63,407 nucleotides of DNA, filler included, from Octopus bimaculoides (GCF_001194135.2; 5 parts of 4 records of this genome joined end to end with filler, not necessarily neighbours in it); one strand, 5' to 3'. Numbered from the whole stretch's first letter, positions 1 to 11,569 are shown. A program made the numbers and translations. The notes: generated by a model not told the origin, from the sequence alone.

Positions 1-156
1 GAACTTTACACAGTATCAAAGCTTGTTAGACATAATAAGATTTTCCTGAAATAAAACACTACCTTCTCATAAACACACACACACATGGCCTCAGTGAAAT
101 GACTGAAACAAACAAAAGGTTAAACGATTATATAAATATGTCTATATATAAATATG

Positions 157-213
<57 letters not shown>

Positions 214-1101
214 ATATATATATATATATACATATATATGTATCTATATATATAAAAATGAGAATGTGTGTCTGTCTGTGTGTGTGTGTGTGTGTGAATC
301 CCTAAAACTCGAGAACTACGCAACCAATTTCATTCAAATTTTACAGATCTTAAGGTGTCACATTGTGGGACTGAACCCAGAACCATGTGGCTGGGAAGCA
401 AGATCCTCATCACAAAGACACTCCTGTTATTTTGATTTGATTTTCACTTCCTCCCTCTGAAGATCTAACAATCCATTTTGAAACAATTTCAGTTGTTTGC
501 AACTGATAAAGCATTCATTTAAAGTTACTCAATCACTCAAGTGTTTTGTTTACTCATTGGTCACCAAAATGCAAATATTCTCACCACCATCATAATAATT
601 GCCATCATCACCATCGCTGTCATCATCACAATTATCTTCATTTATTACCATTTATTTTTTTTCTATTTCTTTATTGCCCACAGGGGCTTAAACATAGAGT
701 GGACAAACAAAGACAGATAAAGAGATTAAGTCGATTACAGGGGCTCCAGTGTGTAACTGGTACTTATTTAATACAACAACCAAAAGTAGTTACAGACAAA
801 TGTTTAATACATAAAGTTTGCTAGAAACAATAGTTGTATGAATGTATTACATATTTCTTGATAAAGACTTCTGAAAAATATGTGTCTTGGTTTGGCTTGT
901 ATTTGAGTACAAGGGACTGACTGAATATGTATAGGGTCTATTTTCTGAAATAAAACCCTTGAGACTGGTGCCCCCAAATCGACACTAACAACGAGACTAC
1001 GAATATAATCGGTAGAGGCAGGAATGGAACTCGCATGTCGGTGGACCTGGCAATGACCGCATTCGGATAGTACCTTTTACATGCCACCTAGTACTAATTA
1101 T

Positions 1102-1203
1102 ATTGGTCTCTTTTGCCAAATCGCTAAGTTACAGGGGTTGTAAACACACCAACATCGGTTGTCAAGCAATGGTAGTGGGACAAACACAGACACACAAACA
1201 CAT

Positions 1204-1253
<50 letters not shown>

Positions 1254-1258
1254 CGACG
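1102..1258 (-). mobile_element. 3' half of composite tRNA-derived SINE (family A/B)
   Basis: Matches the 3' module of the fuller copies at 10750-11150, 21168-21515 and 27797-28160 (acaccaacatcggttgtcaagcaatg...gacaaacacagacacac). Confidence 0.75.
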
Positions 1259-1439
1259 TGGAAAAATTAAAAGAAAAGTTTTTTAAAAGAGTATTTGCAT
1301 AGTATTCAAATACAAGGGGCATTTTCCTTGTTTCTGCTTGTCTCTGTCTCTCTTGTTTACTTTTGTGGGTTTGAAGTCATTGTGAATTCTTGGCAGGGAA
1401 GAAGAAAAAGAAGAATGCGGGCGTGGTATGATAGTAGTA

Positions 1440-1675
1440 GGATGTTAAGTGGTCAAGTGACCTGAAAATGGCTTGTTGTGGATTATAGTAGTGTTTGGGA
1501 CTGTGCTTTTGAATGTAGTATTTTCAATATTTGTTAGTGTGTATATCAGGTTCTCTGAAGCACATGTGAAGCTGCTTTTCACTGTAAAATGTTGAAGGAG
1601 AACTTTGATCCCTGAATTAAATTGACGCATATCCCACAGTTGGGTCTTCTGCATTTTTTTACTGACGGCTTAATG
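1440..1675 (-). pseudogene. Penelope-like element GIY-YIG endonuclease relic (frameshifted)
   Basis: Minus strand reads PSVKKCRRPNCGICVNLIQGSKFSF, then after a frameshift HFTVKSSFTCASENLIYTLT and later KPFSGHL. This resembles the Cys-rich CxxPxCxxC / FTCxSxNxIY region at the start of PLE GIY-YIG domains. The YIG half is not recognisable. Confidence 0.6.
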
Positions 1676-1679
1676 GCCG

Positions 1680-1740
1680 GGTAACTGAAGAGATGGCGGC
1701 ATGGGTTTCCGTCCCAGCATCCGAAACTTGGAGTTTTATC
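1680..1740 (+). ncRNA. Minimal type I hammerhead ribozyme motif
   Basis: GGTAA-CTGAAGA-GATG..TGGG/CCCA..CATC(C)-GAAA-CT-TGG-AG-TT-TTATC. Helix I GGTAA/TTATC (one G-U), intact CUGANGA and GAAA core, helix II GATG/CATC with a bulged C, helix III ACT/AGT, GUU cleavage triplet. Confidence 0.7.
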
Positions 1741-1775
1741 ATGGCTACCGAATAATTGTCACATATTTTTACAGA

Positions 1776-1806
<31 letters not shown>

Positions 1807-1969
1807 GGCGTAGGAGTGGCTGTGTGGTAAGTAGCTTGCTTACCAACCACATGGTCCCGGGTTCAGTCCCACTGCGTGGCATCTTGGGCAAGTGTCTTCT
1901 ACTATAGCCTCGGGCCGACCAATGCCTTGTGAGTGGATTTGGTAGACGGAAACTGAAAGAAGCCTGTCG
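1807..1969 (+). mobile_element. tRNA-derived SINE family A head, runs into N gap
   Basis: ggcgtaggagtggctgtgtggtaagtag... with B-box-like gggttcagtccc; many copies in the window. Confidence 0.85.
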
Positions 1970-4900
1970 NNNNNNNNNNNNNNNNNNNNNNNNNNNNNNN
2001 NNNNNNNNNNNNNNNNNNNNNNNNNNNNNNNNNNNNNNNNNNNNNNNNNNNNNNNNNNNNNNNNNNNNNNNNNNNNNNNNNNNNNNNNNNNNNNNNNNNN
2101 NNNNNNNNNNNNNNNNNNNNNNNNNNNNNNNNNNNNNNNNNNNNNNNNNNNNNNNNNNNNNNNNNNNNNNNNNNNNNNNNNNNNNNNNNNNNNNNNNNNN
2201 NNNNNNNNNNNNNNNNNNNNNNNNNNNNNNNNNNNNNNNNNNNNNNNNNNNNNNNNNNNNNNNNNNNNNNNNNNNNNNNNNNNNNNNNNNNNNNNNNNNN
2301 NNNNNNNNNNNNNNNNNNNNNNNNNNNNNNNNNNNNNNNNNNNNNNNNNNNNNNNNNNNNNNNNNNNNNNNNNNNNNNNNNNNNNNNNNNNNNNNNNNNN
2401 NNNNNNNNNNNNNNNNNNNNNNNNNNNNNNNNNNNNNNNNNNNNNNNNNNNNNNNNNNNNNNNNNNNNNNNNNNNNNNNNNNNNNNNNNNNNNNNTAAAC
2501 AATGGACAGAAGATGAAAGAATATATAAAATACATAAATTTATTTTTAATCAACAATATGTAAAAATAATTAACAATGATTATAATGATGATGAAGTTGA
2601 TAATGTTGTTGTTGTTGTTGGTGGTGGTGGTGGGGGTGTAAGTATTTGCTTTCATAGTGAAGAAAGTGAAGTTTATACTGAACAATGCAAATTCATTAGA
2701 AAAACGACAGTTTCTAAGGGTTTTAAATAGAAAACCCTTCAGATGACCCTGAATCTGTAAATGAATGTGTTATCAGTTTGCAAAGAGGTTTCAATTATAT
2801 TTATTTTTGTTTAAAGGTTGCTTAGCCATTGTAACTCAAAAGTGGATTGTTAGATGTTGAGAGGGAGGGAGTGGAAACGAAATCAAAAGAAGAACAAGGA
2901 TCAAATGATTTCAGAGTGATTATTTGAAGAGAGAGAGAGAGAGAGGTGGGGAGATTGATAGATAGGGAGAGAGATAGAAAGTGAGAGAGAGAAAGTAAAG
3001 AATAAGGTATTGTACAGCAAAACAAAAACAATACACAAAGCCTTTGCATGCAATAAACATTGAGGATTGTCAAATTTGAAGAGCAACAATACACAACAAT
3101 ATAGTATAGACTGATAGTGTGTGTGTATGTATTAATGTATGTGTACTTATATACTTAGATACATAGAAAAGTTTCAGCTAGAACTACACAAGTCCATGGT
3201 TAACTTCATAGAAACCACTTGGAAACGACATTTAATGATGTTTCCCATTACAGTAATTCTGTGGGCACCCTAACCCATTCGGGTAAAGAGTTATTGTTTG
3301 CAGTGTTATATCTGGGTGTTTAGGGTTCAACTGAAATTTGTTGGAGATATTCACCCAGGAACCATTTCAATACCATAACCGTTGTTTTGTTTCTTTTTCT
3401 TCTCCTAATGTGTCATGGCATGATGTTAAAGAGAGCAGGGTCAGTGGAGGTGACAAACTTCTGTCTGGGTGTTGTGATGTAATGTGAGCATGGTTTTTGT
3501 AGAGGATGGATGGCATGCCGACCAAGCTTATGATACTGGTGATGCTCCAGCATGGTCATGGTGTTTATACTGAAAAATTGAAAACATTAAATAATACATG
3601 AATAATTAAATAAATGCTAGAAAAGGCCTAAACGCATTCTGATACAAAAGACGCTTCTTCACTTTTTTATTCTGTGGACAAGAAAAAGAAATAAAACAAA
3701 AAAATAAAACTTGTTGGTAAGAATATTTAACAAATAAATAATTCGGATCTCTCTACAATAGTAAATAATAGACAAAAATACAGAAATCTTATTTTGTATT
3801 AAGAACGAAAATGCGGCTTAGTGTCAAATGACGTTGATAGATAGATACTGTCTTTACTTAATATAAAAACAATGCGTCTTAATCGTTGGACAGCAGTGAT
3901 TAACAGATTTGAAATAAAGTTTGAATAAAAGCCTTCTTTAAACTGGTTTATGACAAAAACATACTCATCCAAAGAAATAATTTTGGGGGCGACTAGAGAA
4001 TTCCCGACTGTATTCTATACGAATACTTCTAAATATTTTTACGAAACTAAAGAGAATATTTTTATTTCTTTAGAGGAAATTTATATCAAGACATCACGCA
4101 CGTGTTGACAAAATGAAAAAGTAAGGTTTTGGAATTTTGGTTTCTCCCCAAATTATTGAACAGCATGAGGTTTAAATATTATATTTGTAATCAAAATTTA
4201 ACCTTCACTAAAACCATAATCTTCACTGCTTTTCATTGTTTATTTACGCATCATGTGTTTCTCTAGATCCTCTTTAAATATTTCCCTACATACAAGCACG
4301 CAAAAGATATAACTTTTGCGTGCTTGTATGTATGTAGGTGTATATGTAATAAACACGAATAGTCTAGTTGAGTGCCATCATCTAAATACATATACACACA
4401 AACGTAAAGATGTCGAATATGTATATAAACAACGCTCTCCGGTGCTAAACAAGCGACCACATGGAAACGACGTACAGCATTCGCCCAATTTACAGATAAA
4501 TCATTTTCATAACTGCTAAAGCTTATTAAACTGAGTTAATTACATTTTTTTTTTGGTATTAATACTTTATGAGCCAATGAGGGAATCTGATTACTAAGTC
4601 TAATTAAAGTGACATAATCATCGTTCTATAGTGGTTCCTTCCGTTTTTCCCCGAAGGTGTTTTTTATGTACGTAATAACCAACTTTGACCCCAACTTTCC
4701 CATCTATCTATTAGGTTTGTCTTCATCCTTTTGATTCCAAACCACCTGAGACCATCATTGATTCTATGATACAAACTTCCTCTTCAAAGTGATATAAATC
4801 CAAACCTCCCTTCAAAATTTCCAGCAACCCTTCGCTATTGGTACACGACATCGTTCACCCACACAACCTTTCCTCACGACAGCTAAAAATGCTGAGCAGA

Positions 4901-5543
4901 AATACAGGATGAATGACGCCGCCTCATACCCAAACTCTGTACACCAATACCGAAGGATCGCCAAATTTCCTTTTACTTTATATTCCTGCAGAAATGATAG
5001 ACTTCCTATATTTGTAACCACTGTAGTGCCATCTCTGTAGTAAACTATATTTTGTTTTCATTTCGGTATTTCAAGAAAATAAGAAAATCCAGGATGTTTT
5101 TAATACATTACCCATCGCTTCCAAATTACATTTTCCACATTTGCTTTTTTTTTTTTTTTNNNNNNNNNNNNNNNNNNNNNNNNNNNNNNNNNNNNNNNNN
5201 NNNNNNNNNNNNNNNNNNNNNNNNNNNNNNNNNNNNNNNNNNNNNNNNNNNNNNNNNNNNNNNNNNNNNNNNNNNNNNNNNNNNNNNNNNNNNNNNNNNN
5301 NNNNNNNNNNNNNNNNNNNNNNNNNNNNNNNNNNNNNNNNNNNNNNNNNNNNNNNNNNNNNNNNNNNNNNNNNNNNNNNNNNNNNNNNNNNNNNNNNNNN
5401 NNNNNNNNNNNNNNNNNNNNNNNNNNNNNNNNNNNNNNNNNNNNNNNNNNNNNNNNNNNNNNNNNNNNNNNNNNNNNNNNNNNNNNNNNNNNNNNNNNNN
5501 NNNNNNNNNNNNNNNNNNNNNNNNNNNNNNNNNNNNNNNNNNN

Positions 5544-5770
5544 CCAATCTGATTTGGCAGAGTTTCTACAGCTGGATGCCCTTCCTAACGCCAACCACTC
5601 AGAGAGTGTAGTGGGTGCTTTTACGTGTCACCTGCACGAAGGCCAGTCAGGCGGTACTGGCAACGGCCACGCTCAAAATGGTGTATTTTATGTGCCACCC
5701 GCACAAGAACCAGTCCAGGGGCACTGGCAACAATCTCGCTCGAAAATCCTACGAAGGCCAGTCAGGCGAT
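5544..5770 (-). mobile_element. Family D SINE-like repeat (partial, gap-bounded)
   Basis: Reverse complement of the element at 8690-9135 and 62198-62520 (ggaagggcatccagctgtagaaactctgcca core plus internal module). Confidence 0.85.
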
Positions 5771-6570
5771 ACTGTACTTATTTGATTTTTAGCTCACCAC
5801 AACTCTATTGGAATATAAAAATACAATCAAGTTCTGAATAGTCTTGTGTAGTGTATTGTTGATGCAACCAATTCTTATCGTCCAATCTGTTTAGATGAAA
5901 GCCACACCTGAGTTGCTACCAGTTCCTGTAGTGATCTGAGCCCTACTAGTTCCTGTAAATAATCTAATCTATTTAATTGTGACCAACACATGACACAACC
6001 AACACATTCTTGCTCTTTTAGGATTATATGGAGTGATTGGATTGAAATTTCACTTCTATTTCTAGCAAGTCAAGTAACCATGTTGGCTCATTGTTGGTTT
6101 AGACCCACCAGTGTTTAAGATTGTTGGTTCAGTTTTAAGGGGCTGTAATCTACTCATCATGTTTAAGAGCATAGTCTCTCAGGTCTTTAGGAATTTCCAA
6201 ACCTCTGTTAAGGAACCTGCACTTTTGAGGTAAAAATGGTTTTTATTCCTTTCAGGTATAGAAACTTTTCCTTTCAAGCAGTTCAAGGATAACAGAACTG
6301 ACTACGTCTAGTGTTTTTATAATCTGTTATTGATTGTAGGAAAGGGAGGACATTTGGGCCACAGCACAATCATAACCAACGGTTGTACTTTGGACATTCT
6401 TCATGAAAATTACAAGACTTCATTACCAGGCTGGCGTGATGGGTGGTGGGTTAACAAATATTTTGGACATATTGAGATAGTTGACGTGAAATGAAATTAA
6501 GAAGATGAAGGAAAATTTCTGATGTTGATGATAGTTATGATTTTATTTATTTTTGTGATTTATTTTCCAG

Positions 6571-6621
6571 CTTTCTCTTGATAATGTGGAACTGGCTGAG
6601 GCATCAAGCTCTGATGAAGAG
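6571..6621 (+). CDS. UTP3: SAS10/UTP3 internal coding exon (LSLDNVELAEASSSDEE)
   Basis: Pyrimidine tract ending tattttccag at 6570, donor gttggt at 6622, phase 0/0. Acidic SSDEE segment fits the SAS10 N-terminal region and joins in frame to the next exon. Confidence 0.6.
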
Positions 6622-6997
6622 GTTGGTATAATTTTTTTACATGGCTTAGAAGAGGAAAGCCTGCTCCATTACATTTTTAGTTGGGTTGTTGATAGCCATA
6701 ACATTATGTGATGTCTTGATTTGCTTGGGAGTCGGGTTTTTATGCAGGTGTATCGCACAACATTGACTTGACTCTCTTGTTCGAGTCTAATCTTAATTCA
6801 GAGTCAAGATGTGAAGATAGTTCTGGGTAGATACGGAGGCATTGAATGACCTGGACTTTAATTAAGTCTTGTGGGTCTCTTAGCATTCCGTTAACCCTGT
6901 TGGAATCATTTTTTTGAAACTATTGGATCAGCTGTTTTATTATCTGTTGAATCCATCAGAATTTGTTTTCCTATAGTAGAGTAGATGTGCCCTAACT

Positions 6998-7268
6998 CGG
7001 GGTTTTTCAAACTTTTTGACTTGCGGACCCCTTTATATTTCAGGCTTTACCTTAGGGACCCTCTTATAAACGCTTATGAAATTTATACATAAATATTTGC
7101 TTAAAATAACATATATTTTTACATTTATTTATTTAACAGTATTTAACAAATAGGTTTATTGTCAAAAGATTTCGATTAAAAAACATATAAAATCAAATTG
7201 CCCATAAAAAGTATTTGCTGTCTACAGACCCCGTCTTGTCCTTGCGGACCACAGTTTGAAAACCCCTG
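6998..7268. mobile_element. hAT-type MITE with 8-bp target-site duplication
   Basis: TIRs c-ggggtttttcaaac ... gtttgaaaacccctg, flanked on both sides by CCCTAACT (6990-6997 and 7269-7276). An 8-bp TSD with CAGGGG termini is typical of hAT elements. Confidence 0.85.
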
Positions 7269-7836
7269 CCCTAACTCACCGAATATTTGAAACCTAGTGG
7301 TTGCTTTCACTTGGTTTAGTCCCTGTGTCAGATTGGTTTTAATGAAGCGAAGCTTTGTGCATGTTACAGCTTCTTGGGTTCACAGATGAGAGTTGGGTGC
7401 CAGGTAGGGATCAAAGGTGGACATGTCCCTTAGGGAACATGAAAAGGGCTGTTTCTAATAATTACTACCTTTCCTTGAATACTTGAGATACTCCTTGTAT
7501 TCACTCCATATACGCATTCATATATACATGCACACACACACACACACTCATACATATGAATTTATATTCACAAATACAGATGTTTTCTTTTTTTTTTGTA
7601 AACTTCTGTAAAAAGCAAACAAGCAAAAAATAAAAAAAATAACAATATATAAAAGGTAAAACTGGTGGAGAGGTTTAGGGTACATGCTGGTTTATCAGAC
7701 CACATGGTCATAAGTTCAAACCTTACACCCATGGTGCTCTACAGCCAATGATGGAATCTGGTTCTGGTTAATCTTGGGATTGGATGGGTAATTGGGTGTC
7801 TGTGATATCTAAATGATGATGATGATGACATTGCAG

Positions 7837-7972
7837 GAGATGGTACTGGGTGTTGAATCTGACTCTGAAGAGGAGGAAGAGAGTGGTCTGTACCAAAAAT
7901 GTAAGCAGCAGCTGAAGTTTATGAAAGAAAAGAACCTTCGAGAGGCCAAATACAACAAACTTAAAGTGAAAG
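7837..7972 (+). CDS. UTP3: SAS10/UTP3 exon (EMVLGVESDSEEEEESGLYQKCKQQLKFMKEKNLREAKYNKLKVK)
   Basis: ttgcag acceptor and gtaagt donor at 7973. EMVLGVESDSEEEE parallels the EVLAL+acidic segment of SAS10. Phase 0 start, phase 1 end. Confidence 0.75.
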
Positions 7973-8689
7973 GTAAGTTGGTGGGTGTGTGTGTGTGTGT
8001 GTGAGGATTTTCATTTTGAATAGGTGTAGGAGTGGCTATGTGGGCAAGTGTCTTCTATAGCCTCAGGCCGACCAAAGCCTTGTAAGTGGATTCTAGAAAA
8101 TGTTATTCCACCCTTTTCTCCTGGAATTGTATTCCCTTCTGACCTTGTGCCCTACCTTTGAAAAATTCCTGGGATTGCGCCTCTATATCATTAGATAATA
8201 AATTGTATGATATACATCTGGTAGCTTACCAGTAAAGCACATTCACTTTTACAGTTTTTGTTAGGTATTTGATTAATGAGAGAAATGGAAGATACAAGAA
8301 TATTTATTAATCACTACAATTGTTTCGAGCCATCTCGCATACAACCTAAACGAGGGCGCTTATACATCCGTATCTGTTAACAGTTATATTTAATTCTTTC
8401 CTTGTATTTGTTACTTTTTGCCTCTGTTATTATTGGTCTTCTATAAAAATGAAACTGTCCCTTAATTTTATGCTTTTTCTATACCCAAACTGAGAAGATA
8501 CCATGCAGAACAGTCATTGAGATAATGTTAAGAAGAGCATCCTGCCGTAGTAACCAAGACGGGAACCTGGTACAGCTTTCTGGCTTACCAATTCTGGTCA
8601 AACCATCTAACCGTGCCACCAGCATGGAAAGCAGACACTAAATGATAATGATGAGAATAAGCAATCTTTACATCAGTGAGAATATGTAA

Positions 8690-9135
8690 ACTTGGGCCTC
8701 ACCGAGGCGATGACTACTGACTGAGACCTTTGGAAATGTGCTGTGCGTGAGAAGACCCGGCAAGCCAAGTGAGATCGTTGCCAGGGCCCCTGGACTGGCT
8801 CTTGTGCGGGTGGCACATAAGATGTACCATCCTGAGCGTGGCCTTGTAGGGTTTTTCGAGCGAGATCGTTGCCAGTGCCCCTGGACTGGCTCTTGTGCGG
8901 GTGGCACATAAAAGACACCATTTCGAGCGTGGCCGTTTTCGTGCGGGTGACATGTAAAAGCACCCACTACACTCTCTGAGTGGTTGGCGTTAGGAAGGGC
9001 ATCCAGCTGTAGAAACTCTGCCAAATTAGATTGGAGCCTGGTGTTGCCATCCGGTTTCACCAGTCCTCAGTCAAATCGTCCAACCCATGCTAGCATGGAA
9101 AGCGGACGTTAAACGATGATGATGATGATGATGAT
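8690..9135 (+). mobile_element. Family D SINE-like repeat with internal tandem modules and (GAT)n tail
   Basis: Same core and tail (aacccatgctagcatggaaagcggacgttaaacgatgatgat) as 11937, 13395, 55935 and 62198. Confidence 0.85.
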
Positions 9136-9169
9136 CACTAGCTTCATTGAAATGGCTACAAGCAAATAT

Positions 9170-9680
9170 CAACCTGTGATCTCTCAATGTGGAGATGGTG
9201 CAAGTTCTTGTTGAGTAATGTTACCCCAGAGATCCTCCAGAGAAACCTCATTTCGGCTGCTAGTATTTGCAATTGTACTTTTTTTGGTCATTACATAACA
9301 TGCATGGCCATAGTTGAGGCTAGACATGGAAACTGAATCGAAGATAGCAAAATTGGCTTTTTTTTATCAACTTCTCCTCTTCTGAGGACCAAATACTGGA
9401 ACTGTGTCAGTACCTGCAATTCTTGCATCCAGTTCAGCCTCCTGTTTCCTATCACTCATGAAAATGGTCCCCTGAATTACTTAAACTTCTCCACCTGTCT
9501 CAGTGATTTTACACGACCATGCAGAGTGCGCTGGAAAAACTTTCTTGAGAGGCTCAATGTCTCAGGCTTCACAGCACCAATTCTCATCCCTACCTCGCAG
9601 CATTTGGCTGGGAACCCATTTGGCGCTTGCCGAAGATCATCTTCTTATGAGCCAAGTAACACCACGTCGTCTGCAAAGAT
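9170..9680 (-). pseudogene. Degenerate RTE-clade LINE reverse transcriptase fragment (Rex3/Expander-like)
   Basis: Minus strand: IFADDVVLLGS*EDDLRQ..FPAKCCEVGMRIGAVKPETLSLSRK..LRQVEKFK*, then NYGH..VMT and QILAAEMRFLWRISG, with stops and frameshifts. These match the FADD catalytic motif and downstream motifs of RTE RTs. Confidence 0.85.
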
Positions 9681-10297
9681 ATTTATATATTTTTTTTCTG
9701 ATGTCTCTATAATTATCAATTCTAACCAAATTTTTTTTTTTGTTTTGTTTTCAAAGATGAAGAATATAACAAGAAATGGGGAGAGAAAAAGTATGTTTTC
9801 TATGGAGGTCTTGGAGATGAAGAATATAGTAAGTATTTTTTAGAAAATGTTGATATTTAATAGTTTCTTTTTTTCCCCTTTTGGCTTTTGACCCCAACTG
9901 TCATCATCTTGTCCTCCCTTATATTTGCAGCTGTATTGCCCTGAACAACCACCCCTTCTCCATGCTGTTGTATCAACCTGTATTACCCCATGTTTCCACC
10001 CTTTTTCCACCCTGTTACATTCAGCAGTATTCCCCTATATCGAAACTCTCTTGTTCTAAACTGCCACACCTCGTCCACCCTGCAGTATTCATTTGGATTG
10101 ATACAAACTGCTACCCTCTTGTCCACCCTGTTATATTTAACTGTATTACCTCAAATTGCTACCTTTTTAGCCATCATGGCGACAGTCAAATGACTGAAAC
10201 AAGTAAAAGAATAAAAGAAAAGGATATTAAAAAATGTAGCAGTCTTATATAAATATATATATATATATATATGTGTGTGTGTATTTTCCATTTACAG

Positions 10298-10397
10298 TTC
10301 TGTCTNNNNNNNNNNTGAAGAGAAAGAAGCGCTGTCACTCCAAAAGAAGATGGCCCAAAACTTGGATGATGCTGATTTTGGCTTTGACATGCTTGCT
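10298..10397 (+). CDS. UTP3: SAS10/UTP3 exon interrupted by a 10-N gap (..EEKEALSLQKKMAQNLDDADFGFDMLA)
   Basis: tttacag acceptor at 10297 (start tentative) and gtaagt donor at 10398. The post-gap peptide matches SAS10 EEEEAQIIQRRLAQALQEDDFG. Confidence 0.8.
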
Positions 10398-10749
10398 GTA
10401 AGTTCTGCTGGTGACCGTTCTTTAAAAGGCATCTTGACACTAGTTTTATTTTTGTTTTTTGACATGTTGTTCAGTACATGGTTTCTACAGCTGGATGCCC
10501 TTCTTAATGCCAACCACTTTACAAAATGGAGTGGGTCCTTTCTATGTGGCACCAGCCAGTGAGATGTTATATGTGATGGGCTTCTTTTAGTTTCCATTTA
10601 CTAAATCCACTTACAAGGCTTTGGTTGGTCTGGGGTTCAAGGTGCCATGGAAAGGGATTGAACCTAGAACCATGTAGTTTGGAAGTGAACTTATTCTGTG
10701 TCTACATTTTTAATTCTTCCAGAAGTTAATAAAATACATCCCAAACATA

Positions 10750-11150
10750 TACTCTTTTACTTGTTTCAGTCATTTGACTGCGGCCATGCTGGAGCACTGC
10801 CTTTAGTCAAGCAAATCAACCCCAGGACTTATTCTTTGTAAGCCCAGTACTTATTCTGTCGGTCTTTTTTGCTGAACCACTATGTTACGGGGATGTAAAC
10901 ACACCAGCATCGGTTGTCAAAAGCGATGTTGGGGGGACAAACACAGACACACAAACACACACACACACATATACATATACTATATACGACGGGCTTCTTT
11001 CAGTTTCCGTCTACCAAATCCACTCACAAAGCTTTGGTCGGCCCGAGACTATAGTAGAAGACTCTTGCCCAAAGTGCCACGCAGTGCGACTGAACTCGGA
11101 ACCATGTGGTTGGTAAGGAAGCTATTTACCACACAGCCACTCCTGTGCCT
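10750..11150 (-). mobile_element. Full composite tRNA-derived SINE (family A head + CA/TA microsatellite + B tail)
   Basis: Reverse complement of the copies at 21168-21515 and 27797-28160. Confidence 0.85.
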
Positions 11151-11258
11151 ATATACTGGAAAAGTAGGTGGTGGGGGATCAGGGAATCAATTTGATTGTC
11201 CCTACTGTCCATCTTTATCATTTGGAATAATGTTAAATTTATTTTCATCCTTTGCCAG

Positions 11259-11336
11259 CCTCCAGAAAAATCTGAAGCTACAACAGAGAAGATCACCAAA
11301 GACTTGACAAAACTTTCCAAGAAACAGAAGCTAGAG
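11259..11336 (+). CDS. UTP3: SAS10/UTP3 exon (PPEKSEATTEKITKDLTKLSKKQKLE)
   Basis: tttgccag acceptor, gtgaga donor, phase 0/0; matches the SAS10 KDLxKxSxKEKL motif. Confidence 0.92.
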
Positions 11337-11569
11337 GTGAGATCTTTATTGTTTTATATGTATTGTTGTTGTTGTGGTTAGGCCACTGGTTAACCTTGGT
11401 CAACGAGACCCGTGATCAAAATGGTCCTAGCTGTCATGACCATCCAGTTTGTCCAATGTGTCCTTTTTTAAAGATGATGATGATGATGATATTTATGTAT
11501 TTATTTATTCCGTTCTCTTCTTCTCTCGTTTATCCTTACCGTATTTTCTTCCACCACCCCCTCATGCAG

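Noticed and set aside
1691-1700. AGATGGCGGC as a YY1 site or start codon
   Set aside because: Better explained as helix II of the hammerhead; the ORF from it is only 20 codons.
2497-2729. 77-codon open frame containing NDYNDDEVDN, reminiscent of the SAS10 N-terminal DEVD motif
   Set aside because: Largely GAT/GTT/GGT microsatellite, no FH after DEVD, and no supported splice link.
8300-8380. Partial hammerhead 3' halves GAAACAATTGTA (also about 20265-20290) and a weak motif at about 31640-31695
   Set aside because: CUGANGA core, helix I or helix II is missing, so they are not called as ribozymes.
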